A DNA stretch of 55,532 nucleotides from an uncultured Ruminococcus sp. GTDB taxonomy: Bacteria; Bacillota; Clostridia; Oscillospirales; Ruminococcaceae. The stretch covers positions 1 to 55,532 of the forward strand of contig CAZCUQ010000002.1 in NCBI GenBank assembly GCA_964501705.1. Direction: 5' to 3'. Under the pieces are notes generated by a model that did no database searches, was not told the origin of the DNA, and saw only the letters and a program-made list of their open reading frames with translations. The translations under genes and the position numbers were made by a program. Shown piece by piece: positions 26,035 to 33,650 of this stretch (the stretch's first letter is position 1; every line of letters begins with the position of its first letter).

Positions 26035-27156
26035 TCATTCCGTACGGAATGCGCCTTCTGAAAATACAAGAATATCATCACCTGACGGAATAAGCGAACC
26101 ATCCTCGGTGTATGTGACCTTGCCCCGCAGCCCGTCATAGCCATCTGCCGATTTCAGCATATCCATAAGTGCGGCAGAATCGGAAACGCCCGAGTTCAGA
26201 GCACTGCTCATCATATAAATAAGGTCATAGGACTGAACTGCCCTTTCGTGCATTTCCAATCCGTATTCAGCCTTAAACCTTTCGGAAACTTCATAATATG
26301 AATCACCTTCGCCTGTAAGATAAAGAGGAACAATAACAGTTCCGTCCATATATTCGCCGTTTTGCGCGATATCATTATCGGTATCCATTACATAATCGGA
26401 TACGACCTGAATATCAGAGCCTTTTTCCCGAAGCATTCTCACAAGGTCGCTGTTATAACTGTAATAGTTGCTCACGCAGACAACATCAATGCCAAGAGAA
26501 ACCCATCGGGCATAAGCAATGTCGAATTCCTCCTGCGTGTAGGGTCCGACAACGGTATCCGCAAGCGTAACGGAGGAATCCGATATTTTCGACTGAAAGC
26601 CTTTCAGCTCGTCCTCCTCATACTCCGTGTCGGAATGGCAGAAAGCAGCACGCCTGAAACCATTGTCTATAACATATTCACCCATTATGCTGCCTGCCGC
26701 CTTTGCATTGATAAAGTCAACGAGAAGATAGTCATAGCCTTTTTCTATGGTATGATTATAGCAGCCGTTTGTAATAATAAATGGCTTGCCGGCGGCTTCA
26801 TAAATGTCCGCAACGGTGTCAACGTAATCAATTTCCTGCTTGACTATAACAGCGGCAATATCGGTATCGGCGGCTATCTCATTGGCATAAGCAATTGCCT
26901 TATGATAATCCGCGTCGTCATCATAGAAATTCACATTAACGGTAATGCCTGTCTTTGCCGAAAAATCCTTTGAAGCCATCTCCATTGCCTCTACAGTTCC
27001 GCCCTCATTATAAAACAAATCATCTCCGACAACAGCAATGGTGATAGCGTTATCACTTCCAACGGGCTTCCAAGTCTCAACAGCTTCATTACACGCCGAA
27101 AACAGCGATACAGTTATTATTGCTGCTGTAAAAGACATTGATTTTTTCATTTTCAT
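26035..27156 (-). CDS. Orphan lipoprotein of the type-1 periplasmic-binding-protein (Leu/Ile/Val-binding-like) fold; first gene of the train
   Basis: Signal plus LFSAC lipobox-like site. ITIAVVGDD ... NVNFYDDDADYHKAIAYANEI ... AAVIV ... PFIITNG resembles PBP1 solute-binding proteins. No permease or ATPase partner is adjacent. Confidence 0.55.
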   Translation of the reverse strand: MKMKKSMSFTAAIITVSLFSACNEAVETWKPVGSDNAITIAVVGDDLFYNEGGTVEAMEMASKDFSAKTGITVNVNFYDDDADYHKAIAYANEIAADTDIAAVIVKQEIDYVDTVADIYEAAGKPFIITNGCYNHTIEKGYDYLLVDFINAKAAGSIMGEYVIDNGFRRAAFCHSDTEYEEDELKGFQSKISDSSVTLADTVVGPYTQEEFDIAYARWVSLGIDVVCVSNYYSYNSDLVRMLREKGSDIQVVSDYVMDTDNDIAQNGEYMDGTVIVPLYLTGEGDSYYEVSERFKAEYGLEMHERAVQSYDLIYMMSSALNSGVSDSAALMDMLKSADGYDGLRGKVTYTEDGSLIPSGDDILVFSEGAFRTE

Positions 27157-27373
27157 TTATCATTCACCACCAAAAATTTAAAATCCGTATTGCGGTACAA
27201 AAAATCAGAAAAGCTTACTCATAGCTGTAACCCCTGTATAAATGATATCTGTATATCATTCGCAGGGCTGCCGTAAACAGAAATATATCTGAATGTTTAA
27301 AGCAGCAAATATTACCGTTTTGGAATTTGTTTATTGTAAGTTAAATATGTTATAATATATGTAATTACGCAAA

Positions 27374-27409
27374 CTGTTTATCGCAAAATGTCATATTTTG
27401 CGATAACAG
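27374..27409. repeat. Palindromic site 1 (12-bp arms TTATCGCAAAAT / ATTTTGCGATAA, spacer GTCAT)
   Basis: Arms at 27378-27389 and 27395-27406. The same arms recur at 28763-28791 with the reverse-complement spacer ATGAC. Confidence 0.85.
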
Positions 27410-27473
27410 ATGAACAACAGACGAGGATACCGAAATTGAAGATCCACCGTGACGGGAAAACTGACGGACTAAA

Positions 27474-28571
27474 TTATGCAGCAAAGCTATCCGAAAAAAT
27501 TTTCATACAAGACTTTTTCCTCTCCATGGACGAGTGAACGTACAGGTTAAGTGTCACACGAACGGAACTGTGTCCGAGTATCTCCGAAAGAGTTTTTACG
27601 TCAACACCAAGTGCAACACAGCTTGTAGCAAAGGAATGACGGAGGGAATGGAAATTTACATAGGGAAGCTTTGCTGCTTTCAGCAGATTTTTAAAGCGGA
27701 ACTGCATTGCCCGCGGCTCAATAATTTTTTCATTGCCCGACAGCAAATAGGCGTTTTTATCCCCTTGAATTTTCTTTAAAAACGGCAGGATAAAATCGGG
27801 CAAGGGTATTTCGCGGACAGAGCTTTCACTTTTCGGCGCAGTAATGACAAGCTTTGTGCCGCCGCCGCTTTTCATAATGCGCTGAACAGTCTGCCTGACG
27901 GTCAAAATGCTTTTTTCGAGATCAATGTCAGTCCATTTCAAAGCACATAATTCGCCTATTCTGATACCGGTAGAAGCCGCCAAAAGTACGCCTATATTTG
28001 AATTTGTCGGATTTTCCGTTATAATGGATTTAAGCTTGTTTATTTCTGCCGAATTGAGTGTTTTGCGTTCGGATTTATTGGAAAGTCTGGGCATAGTAAC
28101 GCTTTCAAAACGGTTAGGATAATTATAACGCCTCTGAGCGAATCTGGCGACTGTTTTCACAACCATAACAATGTCCGAAACATATTTCGGAGATAGTTGT
28201 TCGCCGATTTTTTTATTGATAAATTCACTCAAACAATCGGCTGTCAGCTTGTCAAATTTAATACCCGCAAAGCAAGGTAAAATGTGCCTTTTAAGCTTCA
28301 TTTCATAGTTTGCAAGGGTAGATTCCTTGACCTTGTTTTTTTTGTCCGCAAGCCAGTTCTGTATGACCTCACCGGCAGTAAGCGTACAGTGTGTATCGGC
28401 ACAGCGCAAGGCTTCCGAACGCTTTTGGTTAAGCTTCTCCTTGACGGCATAATAACTTTTATCGTAGACAGATGAATACTTTGTTTTCCCGTCAGCAGTA
28501 AAGCCGTTTTTATAGCGGCCCTCCCACCGACCATCCTTGCGCTTGTAGATATTTAATCCATTTCTTGCCAT
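27474..28571 (-). CDS. Tyrosine-type site-specific recombinase/integrase with N-terminal Arm (AP2-like) DNA-binding domain
   Basis: I prefer the ATG at 28571 (GAGGT upstream; MARNGLNIYKRKDGRWEGRY). Catalytic signature: R in TGIRIGEL, HSLRHSFAT, LGHSSVRVTLNLYVH. Confidence 0.85.
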   Translation of the reverse strand: MARNGLNIYKRKDGRWEGRYKNGFTADGKTKYSSVYDKSYYAVKEKLNQKRSEALRCADTHCTLTAGEVIQNWLADKKNKVKESTLANYEMKLKRHILPCFAGIKFDKLTADCLSEFINKKIGEQLSPKYVSDIVMVVKTVARFAQRRYNYPNRFESVTMPRLSNKSERKTLNSAEINKLKSIITENPTNSNIGVLLAASTGIRIGELCALKWTDIDLEKSILTVRQTVQRIMKSGGGTKLVITAPKSESSVREIPLPDFILPFLKKIQGDKNAYLLSGNEKIIEPRAMQFRFKNLLKAAKLPYVNFHSLRHSFATSCVALGVDVKTLSEILGHSSVRVTLNLYVHSSMERKKSCMKIFSDSFAA

Positions 28572-28662
28572 ATAACAGTACCTCTTTCCTGACAATATTA
28601 TTGACGGCTTTCACGCCATTTTTAAGGGTTTAATGCGTATAACAGAGATTTTTCTGTCCCAA

Positions 28663-28692
28663 ATCATACTGTTTTTCAAATAAAATTATCAA
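28663..28692 (-). promoter_or_regulatory. Candidate promoter of the recombinase gene
   Basis: On the minus strand: TTGATA, 18-nt spacer, TATGAT. Confidence 0.4.
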
Positions 28693-28698
28693 AAACTA

Positions 28699-28727
28699 TT
28701 GACAATTTTGTCGAAATATGATATAAT
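28699..28727 (+). promoter_or_regulatory. Consensus sigma-70 promoter facing rightwards, with no obvious gene downstream
   Basis: TTGACA (28699-28704), 17-nt spacer, TATAAT (28722-28727). It lies divergent to the recombinase promoter and inside the segment bracketed by the two palindromic sites. Confidence 0.55.
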
Positions 28728-28755
28728 CACAAATGTTATAAGATAATTTATGTTT

Positions 28756-28798
28756 AAAACGTTTATCGCAAAATATGACATTTTGCGATAAACGTTTT
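28756..28798. repeat. Palindromic site 2 (same 12-bp arms, spacer ATGAC; stem extendable to 19 bp)
   Basis: AAAACGTTTATCGCAAAAT-ATGAC-ATTTTGCGATAAACGTTTT followed by TATTT. Also terminator-like. Confidence 0.85.
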
Positions 28799-28833
28799 TA
28801 TTTATAACATTGTTTTTTATACTCATTTCCTGT

Positions 28834-28935
28834 TATAGTAAACGACATTAAAATTTGTGCTTTCAGTCTGCGCAAAAATCATATATGCTAATTTTTGCTT
28901 GACTTCAAGTCAAATTTTTAATGTCGTTGACTATA
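28834..28935 (+). repeat. Copy 3 of the dispersed repeat (full length)
   Basis: TATAGTAAACGACATTAAAATTTG ... CAAATTTTTAATGTCGTTGACTATA. Differs from copy 4 at 2 positions. Confidence 0.9.
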
Positions 28936-29065
28936 AGACATAAATTAAAGGTACTTTTTCGCATAAATACAGTCGGAAAATCAACTTAACCGAACCGATT
29001 CTCTCTTTCTTCAAGCCGTCAGTCTTATAAGGAAACCCTGCGGTCTTTGTGCGGTGCTGCCTTAA

Positions 29066-29105
29066 ATAAAAAAACTGTTACGACACACCACCGTAACAGC
29101 TTTTT
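29066..29105. terminator. Bidirectional terminator-like hairpin
   Basis: An A-run, CTGTTACG-(9 nt)-CGTAACAG, then CTTTTT. It serves the minus-strand micro-ORF and any plus-strand read-through. Confidence 0.5.
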
Positions 29106-29154
29106 ACCGATCGTCCTTATTTCAGCAAAACCGCAGCAATTTCCGCTCCGATCC

Positions 29155-29208
29155 TCATTTGCCGATCTCATCTCTGAAATTATCCCGCAAGTCTTTTATA
29201 TTGTCCAT
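29155..29208 (-). CDS. 17-aa micro-ORF MDNIKDLRDNFRDEIGK (speculative)
   Basis: AGGAG 8 nt upstream of the ATG at 29208. Candidate TTTACT-17-TATAAT promoter upstream and the 29066-29105 terminator downstream. Too short for composition tests. Confidence 0.25.
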   Translation of the reverse strand: MDNIKDLRDNFRDEIGK

Positions 29209-29286
29209 ATACATTACTCCTATAAAGATTTTATATGATAATCGGTTTCATAAATCATTATACACATTGTTTTGAGTAAAGTAAAA

Positions 29287-29320
29287 TACCGCATAAAGCC
29301 GGCGCAGACTTTATGCGGTA
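29287..29320 (-). terminator. Rho-independent terminator of the tautomerase/HD/mannosidase transcription unit
   Basis: TACCGCATAAAG-(10 nt)-CTTTATGCGGTA, followed on the minus strand by TTTTAC. Confidence 0.65.
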
Positions 29321-29331
29321 CTGTTTCTGTT

Positions 29332-29673
29332 TTAGAAATTCGACCCGTTCCAGCCCCAGTTTTCCGTGAGCATATAGCTTACATAAACTCTGTCCGACGG
29401 AATAGCGAGATTGTCTTTCAGGATTCCGCTGATATGGCTTGTAAGAGTATTCATGGCGCTCTCGGAGGCATTTCCGTAAACGCTTACCTGAACCATAGCG
29501 GCGGGAGAATCCGTACCCTTGAAATAAAGCGGCTGCTCGGGTTCAAAGCCCACCATGAGCCAGCCCTCGCTTTTTCCCGGTATATCTGTGATAGCCTGCC
29601 CGAGAGCGGATTTGACCGCAGTCTCCTTGTCCTTCGGAACGCTTACGTTGGTTTTGACATTGATAAACGGCAT
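29332..29673 (-). CDS. Tautomerase-superfamily protein (MIF / phenylpyruvate tautomerase-like)
   Basis: 113 aa with N-terminal Met-Pro (MPFINVKTN) giving catalytic Pro1. Length and pattern are typical of MIF-type tautomerases. Confidence 0.65.
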   Translation of the reverse strand: MPFINVKTNVSVPKDKETAVKSALGQAITDIPGKSEGWLMVGFEPEQPLYFKGTDSPAAMVQVSVYGNASESAMNTLTSHISGILKDNLAIPSDRVYVSYMLTENWGWNGSNF

Positions 29674-29697
29674 AAAAATTCTCCTTTTCGTAATAAT

Positions 29698-30297
29698 TTA
29701 TTCTGATTTTTCAAGGAAATACGAGGCTTCCATATCGGCGGTCGAGAGAGCAAATGCAAGAGGCCATTTCTCAAACGATTTGCCGATATTTCCTTTGTCC
29801 TCAATTCCCGAAAATCCCATATGATAGCGGATAGCGACCGCTTCTTCCCTTGAAAGGCGCATAAATCCGCTGATGATATATACGGATTTTTCCCCGTGAC
29901 CGTAGGGAAGCTCATCGTTTATTGCGTAGTACGGAACCTTTTCCCATTGTCCCGTGACATCGTTTTTCTTGTTGCGAAGTTCCACAGTGTAGAAATTCAC
30001 CTTGCAGATATCGTGAAGAAGAGCGACAACGGCGATAGTTTCGTCGGACGCGGTAAGACCGTATACATTTTTCACTCTGTCTCTTTCCATATAGTCGCAG
30101 AGGCATTTGTAAACGTTTATGCTGTGTTCGCACAGTCCCCCCTCGTAAGCGCTGTGATATTTCGTGCTTGCGGGAGCAGTGAAGAAATCGCTTTTCGGAG
30201 AGAGAAGATAATCGAGAAGCTTGTCGCTGCCGTCTCTTGTAATATTTTTTTTGTAAATATCAAGAAATTCCGTTTTTATTTCTTCCGTACCTCTCAT
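29698..30297 (-). CDS. HD-domain phosphohydrolase
   Basis: H...HD metal-binding pattern (KYHSAYEGGLCEHS ... ALLHDICK). Confidence 0.6.
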   Translation of the reverse strand: MRGTEEIKTEFLDIYKKNITRDGSDKLLDYLLSPKSDFFTAPASTKYHSAYEGGLCEHSINVYKCLCDYMERDRVKNVYGLTASDETIAVVALLHDICKVNFYTVELRNKKNDVTGQWEKVPYYAINDELPYGHGEKSVYIISGFMRLSREEAVAIRYHMGFSGIEDKGNIGKSFEKWPLAFALSTADMEASYFLEKSE

Positions 30298-30298
30298 T

Positions 30299-32818
30299 TT
30301 ATTCCTCCGTTTTTTCGTATCTGTAAAGTTCTTCCGCTTCGTAGTAGGATGTTATCGTAAGTTCGTTCTTCAGAATCCCGGCGGTGATATTATTCGGCAG
30401 TTCCGATGCGTTCAGAAAAACAAGCTTTTCATCCGGGCAGAGGTCGAACCAGTTATCGCTGAAAACGGCGTCGTAATTTTTAAGTCCGAGACGCACTCCC
30501 TTTGCAAACGCCTCGGAAGAAACGGTAATCTTAAATTTATTTCCTGCGGGAACGACCTCAAAGCGGAGTTTAGGGTCAACGAACCTAAATTCGGCAGGGC
30601 GGACAAAAAGCATGACCGACGACGAAATAACCGCACCCTTATGGCGGAACGAATAGTCGAAAAAGTGTTCTTTTTTAAAGTTTCTGTCGTTAAGCAGCTC
30701 AGAGGGGATCAATTCTTTGAGATCAATGTCAGCGACATTTTTTGCCGAAAGAGACTCGATTATAACGTCCTCTTCACCGCGTGCTATGACCTCTCCCGTA
30801 TTTTTTCTGATTTTCCATATAATTTTTCCGTCGGTATGCTTCATCTTTTCCGAGGAGAGATAAACGGATATTTTATTTTCTTCAGAAAACTCAGCCGAAA
30901 GAAGGATCGGAGCGTAAAACCGTTTTGCATAGTAATGAAGAGCTTTCCATCTTCCGAAATAATCTATGGATGACCATGAAATAACGGGATTCGAGTCGTT
31001 CAGCTGCCAGTAGAGCGAACCCATACAGATACCTCTGTGGCGTCTCATATGCTCCGCGCATATCTTCACGGCTTCCGCCTGAATAAGCTGGGATGCGTAG
31101 ATAAGCCCCTCGAAGGTATACGGATAATGAACGCAGCTTCCGATATAGTAGAGGAGCTTTTCATTTCCCGCGTCGCATTTCTGGTGAGCTGACATAACGG
31201 GGGAATTAAGGTTAAGATCCTCCTCGTCCGCAAAGGAAAGGACAGTTTTCATATCGGGGATAGATTCAAAGCCGTACTCGGAGCAGAAACGGAAAAGATA
31301 TTTGCTGTAATCGTCAATGGGTTTAAGACTGTGCCATACCTCCCAGAAGTGGGTATCGCCCTTGTTTTTCGCTCCCGAATCGTTGAAATTTCCGCCCGAC
31401 GACGGAGATGAGGGATGATAACAGGTCACGGGGTCGTAGTAATCGAGTATCTTCGGAATAAGCGCCTCAAACATACGAAGATAGCCTTTTTTCAGTTCGG
31501 GGTTATCGGGAAGTCCCCAATACTGCCACGCGGATTCTATTTCGTTATTTCCGCACCATATCGCAAGCGACGGGTGATTTCTTATACGCTTGACATTTTT
31601 TATTATTTCCTGCTTGATATTTTCGCAGAAAGCCCTGTCGGCGCTGTACACCGAGCAGGCGAACATCAGATCCTGCCACACAAGGATACCGTGTTTGTCG
31701 CAGAAATCGTAAAAATAATCATCCGGGTAATATCCTCCGCCCCATACTCTTATCATGTTGAAGTTGGCGCTGAGACAGTCGGAGAGCAGTTTTTCGGTTT
31801 TTTTTCTGCTCCGTCTGCAGATAAGCTGATCTTCGGGGACATAATTCGCGCCCATAGCAAAGATCTTCACGCCGTTTACGACGAAAGCGAATTCCTCTCC
31901 GTCCGTTCCGTCATTGTCGGGAAGTCTGCTGACGCTTATAAGCCTGAGTCCGATATTTTCCTCCCTGCTGTCGATCTCCTTTCCGTCCTTTTTGAGAGAA
32001 AGTGTGATCTTATAAAGAGGCTGAGAGCCGTAGCCTCTCGGATACCAGAGTTCGGGTTCCTCGATAAGAACCTCCGATAATATCTTGTCACCGGAAATAT
32101 CACATTCCGCGGTATATTCTTCGCCTTCAGGGGAGGAAACGGTTACAAATGCCGTGTGATTGTCGCCCGAAAGGTCGGATATCTTTGCGGAAATATTAAG
32201 ATAAACTCCCTCGTCCGTATGAATCTGCTTCGGATAAAAGTTGTCTATTCTCCCTCCGGACACGCCGATAAGGTAAACATCCTTCCATATTCCCATATCG
32301 GGGAGAGAAGGACCCCAGTCCCAGCCGAACATATAATGAGCCTTTCTGATATGAGGATAGCCTTCTGTGGTGGACGATACTCCCCACAGCGGCAGAACGC
32401 TGTTTTTTTCTCTTATGTATTTTAAAGGGGAAGTAATATTCACGGTGACACTCTGACTGCTTTCGCGGCTTATGAGGTCGGTTATATCGAATTCATATCC
32501 GCGGTGCATATTGTTTGTTTTTCCAATGGAAATTCCGTTGAAGAAAACCTCGGACACGGTATCTATGCCGTCGAAATGAAGATAGATTTTTTCCGAGGAC
32601 AGGATATCGGGGTTGATGTCGAAGTTCAGAGAATAGATATAATCGTCCTCCGATATCTTGAAAGCGTCATACTGATTTTCATACTTATACGGGTCGGGAA
32701 TTATTTTGCTGCCGATAAGCGTCATGTAAACCGATCCGGGAACGCTCGCCTTGATACTGAAAGGCTGATCCGAAAGGCGGTTAAGAGTCCATCTGCCGTT
32801 AAGATTTTGAGTAAGCAT
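30299..32818 (-). CDS. Glycoside hydrolase family 2 beta-mannosidase
   Basis: I prefer the ATG at 32818 (ORF-track GTG at 32827). N-terminus LNGRWTL ... ASVPGSVY, then NMIRVWGGGYYPDD, acid/base WCGNNE, nucleophile FCSEYGFES. Confidence 0.8.
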   Translation of the reverse strand: MLTQNLNGRWTLNRLSDQPFSIKASVPGSVYMTLIGSKIIPDPYKYENQYDAFKISEDDYIYSLNFDINPDILSSEKIYLHFDGIDTVSEVFFNGISIGKTNNMHRGYEFDITDLISRESSQSVTVNITSPLKYIREKNSVLPLWGVSSTTEGYPHIRKAHYMFGWDWGPSLPDMGIWKDVYLIGVSGGRIDNFYPKQIHTDEGVYLNISAKISDLSGDNHTAFVTVSSPEGEEYTAECDISGDKILSEVLIEEPELWYPRGYGSQPLYKITLSLKKDGKEIDSREENIGLRLISVSRLPDNDGTDGEEFAFVVNGVKIFAMGANYVPEDQLICRRSRKKTEKLLSDCLSANFNMIRVWGGGYYPDDYFYDFCDKHGILVWQDLMFACSVYSADRAFCENIKQEIIKNVKRIRNHPSLAIWCGNNEIESAWQYWGLPDNPELKKGYLRMFEALIPKILDYYDPVTCYHPSSPSSGGNFNDSGAKNKGDTHFWEVWHSLKPIDDYSKYLFRFCSEYGFESIPDMKTVLSFADEEDLNLNSPVMSAHQKCDAGNEKLLYYIGSCVHYPYTFEGLIYASQLIQAEAVKICAEHMRRHRGICMGSLYWQLNDSNPVISWSSIDYFGRWKALHYYAKRFYAPILLSAEFSEENKISVYLSSEKMKHTDGKIIWKIRKNTGEVIARGEEDVIIESLSAKNVADIDLKELIPSELLNDRNFKKEHFFDYSFRHKGAVISSSVMLFVRPAEFRFVDPKLRFEVVPAGNKFKITVSSEAFAKGVRLGLKNYDAVFSDNWFDLCPDEKLVFLNASELPNNITAGILKNELTITSYYEAEELYRYEKTEE

Positions 32819-32840
32819 TTTTAACACTTCCTATTTAAAT

Positions 32841-33650
32841 TTACGAAAATTCGTCAAGAAACGAATGAACGCCGTTACTGTCCCTGTAAGACATAAGGTT
32901 ATGAAGATTTACGTTCTGTACGCTGTTAAAAATATTTGCGGCTGTCTGAGGATTTTCAAGTTCGAGTTTTTTAATCAGAGCTTTTATTTCGGCGCGTTTT
33001 GAGTACTTTTGGGGATCTTCCGATATTTTGCAGCCGCATGAAATAAACTTCAGTTCATTTTTTTCCGCCCATTTCAGGATATTTTCTTCTCTGATAAGAT
33101 ACATCGGACGGATAAGCTCCACGCCCTCAAAGTGGACGCTTTTCCTTTTCGGGAGCATAGTCTGCGTCTGACCGCCGTATATCATGCCCATGAGGATAGT
33201 TTCGATAACATCGTCATAGTGATGACCGAGAGAAATCTTATTATATCCGTTTTCCTTTGCGTATTTGAAAAGCTCGGCTCTTCTCATTCTGGAGCAGAGA
33301 AAGCACGGATTTTTGTCTGTTCTGTCCAAAGCGCGGAAGATATTCGTTCTTTTTATTTCAAGCGGGATATTAAGCTTTTCGGCATTTTCGCATAGATCCC
33401 TAAGAGTTTTTTCATCGGCTCCCGGATCTGCGAAAAGATATCCGAGAGAGAAATTTATCCCGCCGTGCCGCCTGTATTCTTCAAGGAGCATAGAGCAGAG
33501 AACGGAATCCTTTCCGCCCGAAACGCACATGAGAATCTTGTCTCCGTCGGAAATAAGCTTATAGTCTTTCACTGCTTTTTTGAACCTTGAAAGGATCGTT
33601 TTATGAAACTCGTCCGTGATACTTCTCACGGTTCTTTCGGAAATACTCAT
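32841..33650 (-). CDS. PP-loop ATPase, TtcA-like tRNA 2-thiolation family
   Basis: SGGKDS PP-loop (MCVSGGKDSVL), CFLCSRMRR Cys motif, LGHHYDDVIET. Confidence 0.7.
   Translation of the reverse strand: MSISERTVRSITDEFHKTILSRFKKAVKDYKLISDGDKILMCVSGGKDSVLCSMLLEEYRRHGGINFSLGYLFADPGADEKTLRDLCENAEKLNIPLEIKRTNIFRALDRTDKNPCFLCSRMRRAELFKYAKENGYNKISLGHHYDDVIETILMGMIYGGQTQTMLPKRKSVHFEGVELIRPMYLIREENILKWAEKNELKFISCGCKISEDPQKYSKRAEIKALIKKLELENPQTAANIFNSVQNVNLHNLMSYRDSNGVHSFLDEFS

Noticed and set aside
28572-29100. Direct repeat of the tRNA-Thr 3' end, which would mark a tRNA-integrated island with the recombinase at its far end.
   Set aside because: Scanning by eye, I could not find any segment matching GTCGTCAGTTCAAATCTGATAAACAGCTCCA or its 3' half near the recombinase. 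A classical att duplication is therefore unsupported.
29047-29238. 63-aa plus-strand ORF in the intergenic region.
   Set aside because: It has a TTG start without an RBS, spans a terminator hairpin, and has no recognisable domain. The minus-strand micro-ORF cassette explains the local signals better.
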